This document shows positions 1-8,543 of a stretch of DNA of 20,000 nt, piece by piece (position 1 is the stretch's first letter; each line of letters begins with the position of its first letter). The notes below the pieces were generated by a model. The model saw only the letters and a program-made list of their open reading frames with translations. It did not search any database and was not told the origin of the DNA. The stretch lies in IMG/VR virus record IMGVR_UViG_3300035429_000180; one strand, given 5' to 3'. The translations under genes were made by a program, and so were the position numbers. The DNA comes from an uncultured virus (IMG/VR IMGVR_UViG_3300035429_000180) (taxonomy: Duplodnaviria > Heunggongvirae > Uroviricota > Caudoviricetes).

Positions 1-2178
1 CGGCAAGCACTTGTCTGTTGTCCGGTCATGGTTGAGGCGGTCATGCAATCCTTTCATGTGGGGTAGTGATAGCAAATCAAATGGAACTTCGGTTTTGATA
101 GTATCGCTTATACACTGTGTATTTGATCCACTAATCAACATAATACCTCGGTCAGTTGGAAATAGGACTGAAGAATCTATTTGTGTGATTCCTTCTGGAT
201 TTATACAGACGTCACGAGTAATCGGTTGGCGAGCTGAATATGTACCTGCTGATGAAATCTCCATAGCCCATACACCCTCGGAGGTAAAAGCATATAACGG
301 GAATTGGCCGAACTGCCCTTGAGAAAGAGCTTTTGCGGCCGAAGCGATAGACAGAATCTTACCCGTACCAACAGTGTTTATGCCGGTGAGTGGGAAATAA
401 TATGGGTTATTGACTTCTGATGTATATATCTTATTCAGAATATCAATGGTCCGGTATTCTTCCGTGGATAAAGTCGGGGATTTTGATAATTTCGGTTTGC
501 CATCGGAATTTATTCCATTCCAATCACCGAAGTAATAAGCTCCATTTAATGTGGGATGAGGTTCAAGATTTACCTCATATATTTCACTACTAACATATGC
601 GGTTTGTACAAGCACAGCTTTGTATGCATTTACATTAGGATAGAATAACCATAAGAATGGAGTATTGAATCCAAATGATCCGACTCCGCCATTTACGACA
701 ATATCCTTACCGTCTTGCTTGATAAAGTAGTACACTGAAACGCTTACTGTGTAGTCAAGTTGCGTGGGCAATGCATCTTTCCAATAACCAACATATCCAT
801 CAGTAAATGAAAATGCAGCAGTAGCCTTGAACCCGGAGAATAGCCTGAGTCTTACATCTGCAATATTCAGTCGAGAGTTGTATCCAAAAGAGCATTTTGG
901 TATTAGAAGATCATGGCTGTTATAATCGTCAGTCATAACCTCTCGCGCGACAAGAGATTGCAGGTATTCCTTATTGATCGGGATAATAGTGCGCTCGGTT
1001 TTAAGGTCATCAACATTTATAGATTTTAGCAAATAAAACAACGCATTATTAGTAACATCTGCTTTTATGGCATCGCTATCGCGCTGAGGAAGCATAAGCC
1101 TCCAGCCTGGATTAGTCAGACCATTAGGATCAAACGTTTTTGCATACAGCCATGAGAATGAGGCTTGCTGATAACGCAACGGGAATCTATCTGTCGAGGC
1201 TTTTTGATTTATATGCTTGCAAATTGCGTAGCAATCGGAGTAGTCCGTATTTGAAAATTTGGTACATTCGCCATTCTGATCATATGTATATATCGGTTTT
1301 GAAACAAATATATCAACAGACTTTACTATGTCACCCCAATTTTTTAATGACCTCAATGCATTAGGGTCAGCAGCATAATCCAATTGATGAAACATAGCGG
1401 CGATAATCAGCTTGGCAGAGTTGATTGAAGTTGATGTATTGTATCCATGAAGATTCGTGCAAAAACATTGAGGAGCAAGATCAGACGAGCAGACCATCAA
1501 TATTGGCGCAGAGTGCATTGTAAGAGAGCCATCGTAAAGACGATAGGCATATCTTACAAAAAAAGGAAACATGAATTTACCAACATTAGTTGAATTTTCG
1601 GCGATGAATTTATTTACCTTCGCAAGAACTTGTTCAGTTATTCTCTGTTTATTGTTATCAGTAAACTCATTGAAAATATCCCCACTAAAGAAAGCGATAT
1701 TATCAAAAGATATTTGAAATTCATCTCCTCTGATCATTTCACCTTGAAGACCGAAAGATATTGGCAACTCTGGTATATGTGTGCCTAAATTTAGATATGC
1801 GCCATCTTTCCAAAGCGCGTAATGCATACCGGCAGAGGTAAGAATGATCAGCGTATTGCCTATTGCATTAATCCCATATATTTCAAGACTCGATAGAAAT
1901 GAGATAACAGTGGCCATTTCTTCATTATCAGCATCAGAGTCCATCCACTTAACGGTGTTGCCAATTTGAATTATGTAATGGACAAAGGCAGAGGTTTCAT
2001 GAATGAAAGATACCTTGTTTGCGGCCGTTTGAAATCTTTTTATAATTTTAGGTTGGAAAACCGGCTTTAATACGCCATCTTCCGGCACAAGATTTATTGA
2101 CGAGGCAAGATCGCCATCCAAACATTCATAGTCGGATGGTTGGGCTGTGTAGCCTCCATATTTGATGTCCTTTATCAT
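1..2178 (-). CDS. Large phage protein, 3' end outside the window; putative virion tail/'stabilization'-type protein
   Basis: Absent from the ORF track. Read by hand: ATG at 2178 (ATGA overlap with upstream stop), 726 codons with no stop down to base 1. MIKDIKYGGYTAQPSDYECLDGDL...FPFFVRYAYRLYDGS...NKIYTSEVNNPYYFP...ALSQGQFGQFPLYAFTSEGVWAME; motifs I recall from Bacteroidales prophage proteins. The ORF is solid, the function is inference. Confidence 0.85.
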   Translation of the reverse strand, partial: MIKDIKYGGYTAQPSDYECLDGDLASSINLVPEDGVLKPVFQPKIIKRFQTAANKVSFIHETSAFVHYIIQIGNTVKWMDSDADNEEMATVISFLSSLEIYGINAIGNTLIILTSAGMHYALWKDGAYLNLGTHIPELPISFGLQGEMIRGDEFQISFDNIAFFSGDIFNEFTDNNKQRITEQVLAKVNKFIAENSTNVGKFMFPFFVRYAYRLYDGSLTMHSAPILMVCSSDLAPQCFCTNLHGYNTSTSINSAKLIIAAMFHQLDYAADPNALRSLKNWGDIVKSVDIFVSKPIYTYDQNGECTKFSNTDYSDCYAICKHINQKASTDRFPLRYQQASFSWLYAKTFDPNGLTNPGWRLMLPQRDSDAIKADVTNNALFYLLKSINVDDLKTERTIIPINKEYLQSLVAREVMTDDYNSHDLLIPKCSFGYNSRLNIADVRLRLFSGFKATAAFSFTDGYVGYWKDALPTQLDYTVSVSVYYFIKQDGKDIVVNGGVGSFGFNTPFLWLFYPNVNAYKAVLVQTAYVSSEIYEVNLEPHPTLNGAYYFGDWNGINSDGKPKLSKSPTLSTEEYRTIDILNKIYTSEVNNPYYFPLTGINTVGTGKILSIASAAKALSQGQFGQFPLYAFTSEGVWAMEISSAGTYSARQPITRDVCINPEGITQIDSSVLFPTDRGIMLISGSNTQCISDTIKTEVPFDLLSLPHMKGLHDRLNHDRTTDKCLP

Positions 2179-2564
2179 TTTGAAGCGAGATTAATATGAA
2201 CTATAATAGGCAATAACCGTCGTCCCTGCTTATCAATAACAACCTCACCGCAAGGGAGAGCAGCTTTGCTGATGGCTTTGCAGACAGACAGCATGGCTCT
2301 ACATAATCGAGCCGACGATCCGCGAAAATGCAGACCGCCGCCTTTTGGTTTAGACGGGAATACTTGTGCTTCGTGACGGTTATGCGAAGCATTTCCTACA
2401 TGAAAAGCCACATATAGGTAATACTCGCATCCGTCGCTCAACACATCCACCACGTCGCCAGGGGAAATGTTGAGCACACGAACTACGCGAGCTGTGAGGT
2501 CGAATCGACCGTCGGCTCGGAAGATAACGTCAGATCTACGCGTTGTTCCGAGTATACTTTTCAT
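2175..2564 (-). CDS. Phage hypothetical protein, AbrB-like N-terminus possible
   Basis: 129 aa; FRADGRFDLTARVVRVLNISPGDVV resembles an AbrB/SpoVT swapped-hairpin motif; overlaps both neighbours. Confidence 0.8.
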   Translation of the reverse strand: MKSILGTTRRSDVIFRADGRFDLTARVVRVLNISPGDVVDVLSDGCEYYLYVAFHVGNASHNRHEAQVFPSKPKGGGLHFRGSSARLCRAMLSVCKAISKAALPCGEVVIDKQGRRLLPIIVHINLASK

Positions 2565-3012
2565 GCGGTCTCTCGATTTGGAAGTAGTTACGGCCTTGTG
2601 GCGTGACTTGTTTTGTGACTGTGAGTTTGCAGGGCTTCAAAAAATGCGTCACACCATAATCGTATAGAATTTTAGCAACTGTCGGATTGAGGCATTCAAA
2701 ACCAATACACTTGTGCTTCGAGTTATACTGAATGTCGGCTAATTGTGTCGGCTGGTCAAACGACACGTTGATAGCAAAGCCGTAGCATTTCATAGCCGGA
2801 GAGTAGAACACAAAAACTTTAGGCTGCACATCGTCTTTTCCGTAAACATCCTTGATGCCACGGAAAAGACGGCGTGAGAATGTGACGGAGTTGTCGCCAA
2901 CGTCCATTATCACGAAATTATGGCGGTTGCGCCACCATGTGATGATTTTCTTTGGCTTTTGCCAAAGCGTTTCTACGAATGATTTAATATGATTAAACGA
3001 TGAATGAAGCAT
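2536..3012 (-). CDS. Phage hypothetical protein
   Basis: 158 aa ORF, co-oriented and overlapping the downstream gene. Confidence 0.8.
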   Translation of the reverse strand: MLHSSFNHIKSFVETLWQKPKKIITWWRNRHNFVIMDVGDNSVTFSRRLFRGIKDVYGKDDVQPKVFVFYSPAMKCYGFAINVSFDQPTQLADIQYNSKHKCIGFECLNPTVAKILYDYGVTHFLKPCKLTVTKQVTPQGRNYFQIERPHEKYTRNNA

Positions 3013-3016
3013 GATG

Positions 3017-3024
3017 CGAATATA
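3017..3024 (-). promoter_or_regulatory. Possible Bacteroidota -7 promoter box (TATATTCG)
   Basis: One mismatch to TAnnTTTG, in the intergenic gap just before the ATG at 3012; no clear -33 element. Confidence 0.35.
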
Positions 3025-3031
3025 GTATGTA

Positions 3032-3277
3032 TTATTTAGAGTATGTTGTTAACTTGGAATAGTCGTGTCGTGAACGGAACGACACGGTTTCCACAAACTT
3101 GTAGGATAGGTTGCTTTCGAGAGCGTTGCGGTGATCGTTAGCCTCTTGTTTGCTTTTGAAGATGAAGCTTGACACCTCACACTTGTTTGTCCCACGAGTA
3201 TGAATTATGTTGGCGTAATACTTTCGACCGAGCAGGAACGCCACAATCTCGGTCAGAACGGTTGTTGTCTGGTTCAT
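3032..3277 (-). CDS. Phage hypothetical protein
   Basis: 81 aa ORF, A-rich leader, fits the operon. Confidence 0.8.
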   Translation of the reverse strand: MNQTTTVLTEIVAFLLGRKYYANIIHTRGTNKCEVSSFIFKSKQEANDHRNALESNLSYKFVETVSFRSRHDYSKLTTYSK

Positions 3278-3332
3278 ATTGATTGGAGTTTGGGCTTTAT
3301 TGTTGTTAAATGTATAGCATAGGGGTTAGTGT

Positions 3333-3875
3333 TTAAGAAAGCCAAAGCATTGCGCAAATAAGTCCGGCGCAGATTGCATCTTCAGGAGACTTGTAGTATT
3401 TCCCACTATCTTCGCAAACTTCCACACCAAAGACATCTGCGTCCTCTAATGCTTGCTCAGTTGGATTATCTTCTTGATGAATTGCAAAATACCCGCAATA
3501 GTAATCGCCGGGCATCCATGAAGTTATATCTCTTGCTACTACTTCCCACATGAGAACTTTGTGGTCGTATGGAGCGTCCCAATATTCAGAGTTTAAATCT
3601 ATTGGGGTTAGATATCGGGGTATTTCCAACAGCCATGCGTTATACTTTTTACATAGCCACTTCTTTGCTTCATAGTAGCCTACATTGTCAGAGCCAGTAT
3701 AACCACGTTCTTTCATCATGCCAACGATTGAAGACGGAATATAAGGCTTATTCTTATCCATAGTTATCTCCTTTCTCTCCACATCCGGGCAGAACACCTT
3801 GATGCTCTCGATGCGCTCTTTTGCGGTTTGGTCGCTGTTATTTACCATGTATTCATTGCAGGTCATTGGTTTCAA
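3333..3875 (-). CDS. Hypothetical protein
   Basis: 180 aa ORF; start uncertain. Confidence 0.7.
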   Translation of the reverse strand: MKPMTCNEYMVNNSDQTAKERIESIKVFCPDVERKEITMDKNKPYIPSSIVGMMKERGYTGSDNVGYYEAKKWLCKKYNAWLLEIPRYLTPIDLNSEYWDAPYDHKVLMWEVVARDITSWMPGDYYCGYFAIHQEDNPTEQALEDADVFGVEVCEDSGKYYKSPEDAICAGLICAMLWLS

Positions 3876-4461
3876 TCATTTTGTGGTAATGGTTATCATT
3901 GAGGTTGTCCATCATTGCCAAAATAGCCCGGAGACGTGCAAGGTCTATCGGCTTGCTCTCCTGTTCTTCCTCTGCGTCTTTTGGGTCATTGCTGCGGTCT
4001 CTGAAGATGCGGTGTTTCTGAACGTAGGCTTCAAAGACGAGCCTCTGTGTCTTCTCGAAGTCTTTCTTGAGGTTGGCCTTGTGCCAAAAGAAGAGATTAC
4101 TGATTTCTGCGAATTGGTAGGCTGTCAGTTCCACCCCTCGGATGATGCTGCTTGATTCTCTAATGTATTGAAGCTCCTTGCTCCCGGTCACGTTTACATA
4201 GCACTGCATAAAAAGGTCGAGCCAGACCTTTCCCTTGCCAATCTCAAAGCGGTAGCAATTTTTCTTTTCTCGATCGAGAATGTCTTCGAGACTTACTCCG
4301 TACTGCTTGCATAGTTTGTCGAGTAATCTCTTGGCTGCTTCCGCTTCGCCGTTGTATCCTTTCTCTGCAAGTGCTTGCAGTTTTCGGAGCTTGCTTTTTA
4401 TGCTCTCAAATGATTGCTTGTTGTTGCTCATTTCTACCGGTTGTTTATTTCGTTTCCTCAT
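3853..4461 (-). CDS. DUF2786-like N-terminal domain protein
   Basis: IKSKLRKLQALAEKGYNGEAEAAKRLLDKLCKQYGVS resembles the DUF2786 pattern. Confidence 0.7.
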   Translation of the reverse strand: MRKRNKQPVEMSNNKQSFESIKSKLRKLQALAEKGYNGEAEAAKRLLDKLCKQYGVSLEDILDREKKNCYRFEIGKGKVWLDLFMQCYVNVTGSKELQYIRESSSIIRGVELTAYQFAEISNLFFWHKANLKKDFEKTQRLVFEAYVQKHRIFRDRSNDPKDAEEEQESKPIDLARLRAILAMMDNLNDNHYHKMIETNDLQ

Positions 4462-4649
4462 TTCTCACCTCCTTCCTTATGGCACAGGCAGTCGGGGTCG
4501 TGGGTGATGGATGGCGATGACATTCTGCCTCCCTCATCATACTTGATATAATAATGACCGTCAAAATAGATTCGACTCATGCAATGGTGGTTGCGTGGTA
4601 TTTGAGGTGCAGGCTGTGTTTGTGCTTTTGAGTCTGCGCATCCGCTCAG
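4458..4649 (-). pseudogene. 5'-truncated remnant of a small lipoprotein gene
   Basis: Frame reads LSGCADSKAQ...IYFDGHYYIKYDEGGRMSSPSITHDPDCLCHKEGGEK*, with lipobox LSGC and ATGA coupling to the next gene; an in-frame TAA lies a few codons upstream and there is no start codon or signal peptide before the lipobox. Confidence 0.6.
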
Positions 4650-4884
4650 GCAGACGGCTCCTTACATCATAACCCGTGTCGCCTTTTATGACCTCACATG
4701 GGAATGGCCGGTCATTATCGGGTGTGAAGGTGAAGATCTTGGACTTGTACACCCGGTCAAAGTCCCAATACATATCCCCCGTCCATTCGACGGTGTCGCC
4801 ATGAGACTTGTGCCACGCTGATATTTTCATCAGGGCGAAGTTGGGGAAGTTGTGGCCGTCAACGTCAATTAATCCTATTTTCAT
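4561..4884 (-). pseudogene. Truncated phage radical-SAM family protein, N-terminal ~80 aa only
   Basis: MKIGLIDVDGHNFPNFALMKISAWHK...SKIFTFTPD...GDTGYD..SRLPE is the N-terminus of a common phage radical-SAM family; no CxxxCxxC motif follows; ends in a 27-aa unrelated tail. Confidence 0.75.
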
Positions 4885-5111
4885 GCCAATGGATTGTATT
4901 TAGGTTCGACCGGCCCTGCAGTATCCCATGTCGGGTGGCGATGCCCATAAATTAACATACAAATCTTCCGGGCATAGAATCCAGCCCTATGACATTCGGA
5001 ATTGAAATCCTCGTCAAGCGTTCCTTCCATCGCATAAAGAGTTTCGAGAAATTCTCTTATCTCGTCTGCCTCTTTTATGGTTAACGATATTCGATTACTG
5101 TCTTTCTTCAT
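4881..5111 (-). CDS. Hypothetical protein
   Basis: Start moved to MKKDSNRIS (ATG 5111), giving ATGA overlaps at both ends. Confidence 0.7.
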   Translation of the reverse strand: MKKDSNRISLTIKEADEIREFLETLYAMEGTLDEDFNSECHRAGFYARKICMLIYGHRHPTWDTAGPVEPKYNPLA

Positions 5112-5287
5112 GTGATGATGAATTGAATGTTGAAGAAATATTCCTGATGTAGACGGCACACCTGCAGAAACCGCCACGGGTTATCTCCATAGGGAATGAA
5201 GATAACCCGCTCTTTGGTGTTGGCGGTTATACCATGTCGGCGCAGCCAGTAGAGCAAATTAGCTCTACGCTTTAGTTTGGGAGTCAT
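5108..5287 (-). CDS. Small phage hypothetical protein (59 aa)
   Basis: Below the track cutoff: MTPKLKRRANLLYWLRRHGITANTKERVIFIPYGDNPWRFLQVCRLHQEYFFNIQFIIT*; fills the gap and its stop overlaps the next ATG. Confidence 0.7.
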   Translation of the reverse strand: MTPKLKRRANLLYWLRRHGITANTKERVIFIPYGDNPWRFLQVCRLHQEYFFNIQFIIT

Positions 5288-5597
5288 GATTTAGCCGGTC
5301 TTTCAACCTTATCATTTTACGGTTCGCCCACTGTTCAATACGCTTCGTTCCGTAAATATGCGCCATTTGTAGGCACATAATCATCACGTCGGCGATTTCT
5401 TCACATACTTGGTCGGCAGTGCCTCGATTGCGAGCGAGTTTGCAAAGTGCGTTTTGGAGTTCGGACATTTCCTCAAAGAGCATTTGAGTTTGAGCTTCCT
5501 TGCCATAGGTTTTAATGGCAAGCCGAATAGTATCTTCAAACTCCTTGTCGCTCATTTGCGGAATTTCGGTCGACAGTGGTTTGTCTTTATTTTCCAT
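5265..5597 (-). CDS. MazG-like nucleotide pyrophosphohydrolase
   Basis: EEMSELQNALCK...EEIADVMIM, the ExxE...ExxD metal-binding motif of the all-alpha NTP-PPase family. Confidence 0.8.
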   Translation of the reverse strand: MENKDKPLSTEIPQMSDKEFEDTIRLAIKTYGKEAQTQMLFEEMSELQNALCKLARNRGTADQVCEEIADVMIMCLQMAHIYGTKRIEQWANRKMIRLKDRLNHDSQTKA

Positions 5598-5620
5598 ATC
5601 GGTTAGAGGATTGTTTCAAG

Positions 5621-5647
5621 AAAAGGCCGGCGGACGAGCCGCCGGCC
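5621..5647 (-). terminator. GC-only hairpin: intrinsic terminator and/or DGR-type cruciform
   Basis: Minus strand GGCCGGCGG-CTCGT-CCGCCGGCC-TTTT, 15 nt after the stop at 5663. Confidence 0.7.
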
Positions 5648-5662
5648 CTTATGTAGATGTTT

Positions 5663-6250
5663 TCAGCCAACGAGGAAAGAAGCCCACAATTCGCCGAACT
5701 GCTTGCCACAGTAAAGGGCAAGCTCCTTGGATTTGAAGGCGAGACGTGCGCCGTAGAACGTGCTCGAAGTCGAAGAAACGTCGTCCGCGTTCGAATAAAC
5801 GAGACCGCCACTCGCATTCGCACCGCAGCCCGCACGACCAACAACACGGCACTTTTCTTCATCGTCGAGGTCGTCGTATTCTTCCTGAGTGAGAATGTAG
5901 AACCAAGGATACCACTTGTATTCGTCTTTGTTGCCCCAATCAGGAGTCCAGCCCTCGTTGAGAGCGGCGGCGACGATACGCAGTTTGAGGTAGACCACAA
6001 GGTCGTTAGCCGTCTCATCCATAGGCGGATTTTGTTCCTCCGCAATACGACGGTATTGATTGACCAGAGCGTGATTACCGAGCGCGTTGCAAGCGTCCTC
6101 AAAGGTCTTGATACGTTCCGTAACCGGGCGGTTGTCGGTTTCTTCGGATTGTGTGAACACTTCGGGATAGAGTGCGCGGAGTATACTCTTTCCGTTTTCA
6201 TCGGCTACTTCATAAGCGGCCTTGATTTCTTTTAATTCGGGTTGTTTCAT
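5663..6250 (-). CDS. Phage protein with DGR variable-region-like C-terminal segment (putative DGR target)
   Basis: Start at MKQPELKEI; ERIKTFEDAC...LKLRIVAAALNEGWTPDW...VVGRAGCGANASGGLVYSNADDVSSTSSTFYGARLAF. Confidence 0.8.
   Translation of the reverse strand: MKQPELKEIKAAYEVADENGKSILRALYPEVFTQSEETDNRPVTERIKTFEDACNALGNHALVNQYRRIAEEQNPPMDETANDLVVYLKLRIVAAALNEGWTPDWGNKDEYKWYPWFYILTQEEYDDLDDEEKCRVVGRAGCGANASGGLVYSNADDVSSTSSTFYGARLAFKSKELALYCGKQFGELWASFLVG
5735..5851 (-). other. Putative DGR variable region (VR)
   Basis: 34 consecutive codons (5851-5750) with no A in third position; NNY codons interleaved with GCG/TCG/ACG; ends G-A-R-L, like the G(F/S)R end of CLec-fold VRs. Confidence 0.65.
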
Positions 6251-6254
6251 GTGA

Positions 6255-6512
6255 TTATTTGTTTTTCTTAAAGGCTTTATCGCCAAATATTTTTCTTGCG
6301 TTTACCATAGAAGCACGGCAAGTTTTAGCCGCAAGCTCCATAGTTTCCATTGCTTTATCCCAATCGCCGTTACTCCATTTCAGGCAAGTAGTAACGAGCC
6401 TCGATGTGATAAGTGACAGTTCTATTACAGGGTCGTGAATGTCTTTGAGCGCATTGTCAATCTTTGTCTCAGCGGTCTGATAAATCGCTTTGGACTTCAT
6501 ATCCATTCCCAT
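6255..6512 (-). CDS. Hypothetical protein
   Basis: Helical ORF filling the operon gap; start taken at MGMDMKSK. Confidence 0.7.
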   Translation of the reverse strand: MGMDMKSKAIYQTAETKIDNALKDIHDPVIELSLITSRLVTTCLKWSNGDWDKAMETMELAAKTCRASMVNARKIFGDKAFKKNK

Positions 6513-6517
6513 AGGCT

Positions 6518-6886
6518 CTATGAGTTGAGAATTTCGCAAAGCTTGTCGGCTTCACGATGGTTAAACTCCGCATCTTCATCGTTGAAGCTTTTGATGAATG
6601 TGTGGTATTCCGATCCGTTGATAAAGCAGCGGCGAAGCACGACCCAGCGGGAGCCGCTTGTGCATGGGGAAGCGTAGTAGGTCACTTCTTCATGAGTCAT
6701 GGCGGAGCAAATCTTGTCAAGGCTGGACTTCCAAGATTCTTTGTCGTCAAAAAGTTCTTGATTTATGGACTTGATGTCTTTGATTTTGTGGCGCAGCTTG
6801 CCGTTAATATACGACAGGCGTATCGTAACGGTGAGCGCGCAACCAAACAGGGCGGCTACTACGATTGATGTTATTGTTAGAAACAT
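6518..6886 (-). CDS. Hypothetical protein with N-terminal membrane anchor
   Basis: Hydrophobic first ~25 aa followed by a short coiled coil. Confidence 0.75.
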   Translation of the reverse strand: MFLTITSIVVAALFGCALTVTIRLSYINGKLRHKIKDIKSINQELFDDKESWKSSLDKICSAMTHEEVTYYASPCTSGSRWVVLRRCFINGSEYHTFIKSFNDEDAEFNHREADKLCEILNS

Positions 6887-6898
6887 TATTTAATTTGG

Positions 6899-7762
6899 TT
6901 ATCGGCGAGATTCGCCGGTTAATGGAATTACGTTATAAGTTTTGAAGCGATCGACCAAACGACCAAAGGCATCTTTAGCGTTAAACATGGTTGTGAGTTT
7001 CGCATTATCCAGATTGGTGGTGAGGTGAGCAAACTTGCGGTCCGTTGTTATAGCCTGATTAGCCCACAGCTCATTGCGAGCATGTAAAAAGTCAGATACT
7101 ACTGTAAGCGTATCTATACCATAAAACGGCCTATTTTCCACACCAATGTCGTTGAGGCATAAATGATGCGGCTTTATCATAAACCCTTTCGAGCCTTCCT
7201 CGTTATAGGTGTAGAGGTCGATGTTGTTATACAGCGAGAAGTGGTTGACCATTTGCGTAACTGACACGTTGACAAAGTACCTCGGATTTTTAGTGCGTAG
7301 TAGATACTCACTGAAAATCTGCATTAACAGTGTTTTCCCTGCACCCTTTTTCCCCTGAAGCATTATGTTTTTGTGTAACTTATAACCACGGTCGGGAAAT
7401 ACCTCCTCTGCAAGCTGACATCCGTTGAAATAATATAGCAGGAAACGCAGCACATCTTTATTATGCTCATCAATTTCAAAACGTCGGTTCTGAGGTTTAA
7501 GTACAATTTCGTTAGCTACGAATAACCAGAAGTTGACGTGTGCCTGATAGATGTTAGGGTCAGAGAGGTTTTGAGCATTAATCCTTGCCTTTTCACTCTC
7601 TATCATAGCAGCGTTAACAAGTTTATCCATTTCAAGCCACGGTGCCGTCTTCTGGCTGTCTCGGCATCGCAGCGTATGAAGTATGGCCTGATCCCATTCA
7701 ACATTTCCTGTAGGCTTTTTGCCGTACTTAGCTAACTCAATAGTTAAAGTTTGTGGATACAT
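6899..7762 (-). CDS. P-loop ATPase, DnaC/IstB-like helicase loader
   Basis: Walker A GKKGAGKT, Walker B-like LCLNDIG, HLTTNL, RLVDRF; directly follows the initiator gene. Confidence 0.8.
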   Translation of the reverse strand: MYPQTLTIELAKYGKKPTGNVEWDQAILHTLRCRDSQKTAPWLEMDKLVNAAMIESEKARINAQNLSDPNIYQAHVNFWLFVANEIVLKPQNRRFEIDEHNKDVLRFLLYYFNGCQLAEEVFPDRGYKLHKNIMLQGKKGAGKTLLMQIFSEYLLRTKNPRYFVNVSVTQMVNHFSLYNNIDLYTYNEEGSKGFMIKPHHLCLNDIGVENRPFYGIDTLTVVSDFLHARNELWANQAITTDRKFAHLTTNLDNAKLTTMFNAKDAFGRLVDRFKTYNVIPLTGESRR

Positions 7763-7764
7763 AA

Positions 7765-8541
7765 TTAAATATCTTTACCACCGAAGCCTCCAGAAAACGA
7801 GTAGTCGGTTGGGGCTTCAGATGTAGTTGTGGAAATATCGTCAAGTTTGCCTTGTTGAAGTAGAGTGCAGAAATGTCGCTTGGCGTCGTTGATGTCTTCA
7901 TGCTCGTGACGTTCAATGCTCAGACAATGTAATCTGAAGTTGGAGATCTTTTGCTTGAACTGTTCAGGCGAAAGTTTATATCTCATGCAAACGGGCTCAT
8001 TCCAGGTTGTATCTGACAGCAATTTAGCCACTGACTCGTCGATTGACACAGATGCGCCCTTTGATTTTAGTACCGGCGCAGGCGTATCGACCGATGGCGG
8101 TGTGGTTTGAGACACATTTTTTTGCGGCTTAGCTTTTGACGGTGTCGGCATAGGCACTTCAATTAGGCAATGTTCTTTAATGGCATTTTTACGATGCATC
8201 TTGGTACTAATTGCTTGGTATCGCCGTTGAATCCCTCTACTCGTCAATATTGAAGCAGAGTCAAACAGATCCTTATCAAAGAAATCCCATTTAACCAAGC
8301 GTTTAATAATCTGATCAAGCAAATCGGGGGACACACCCGGCAATTCTTTGAGCATCTTAAATTTCAACATTTCAGTCCACTCTATGTAGTAACCGTTGCG
8401 ATACACCGCACAGAGCAACTTGATAGTTGTTATCTCTCCTTTAAGGCCAAATTCGCCACTGATAGCATACAACTTTTCATCTGAAAAGAAGTCCACATCA
8501 AACGGAAAATAGTCAAGGCCATGCTTTATTGGACGTGCCAT
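7765..8541 (-). CDS. Phage replication initiator (DUF4373 / Lin1244-Lin1753-like N-terminus)
   Basis: MARPIKHGLDYFPFDVDFFSDEK...LTSRGIQRRY, Pro/Ser/Thr-rich linker, C-terminal helical domain. Confidence 0.85.
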   Translation of the reverse strand: MARPIKHGLDYFPFDVDFFSDEKLYAISGEFGLKGEITTIKLLCAVYRNGYYIEWTEMLKFKMLKELPGVSPDLLDQIIKRLVKWDFFDKDLFDSASILTSRGIQRRYQAISTKMHRKNAIKEHCLIEVPMPTPSKAKPQKNVSQTTPPSVDTPAPVLKSKGASVSIDESVAKLLSDTTWNEPVCMRYKLSPEQFKQKISNFRLHCLSIERHEHEDINDAKRHFCTLLQQGKLDDISTTTSEAPTDYSFSGGFGGKDI

Positions 8542-8543
8542 AA

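Noticed and set aside
1..2178. Apparent 2-kb ORF desert suggesting stop-codon recoding or non-coding DNA
   Set aside because: Manual reading shows a stop-free minus-strand frame in the standard code; it is unlisted because its stop lies outside the window. Track ORFs 11..322 and 1140..1364 are antisense shadows
5587..6235. Long overlapping ORFs 5587..6201 (-), 5657..6235 (+) and 5649..5852 (-)
   Set aside because: Explained by GC-rich, stop-poor codon usage of the real gene; no protein-like motifs
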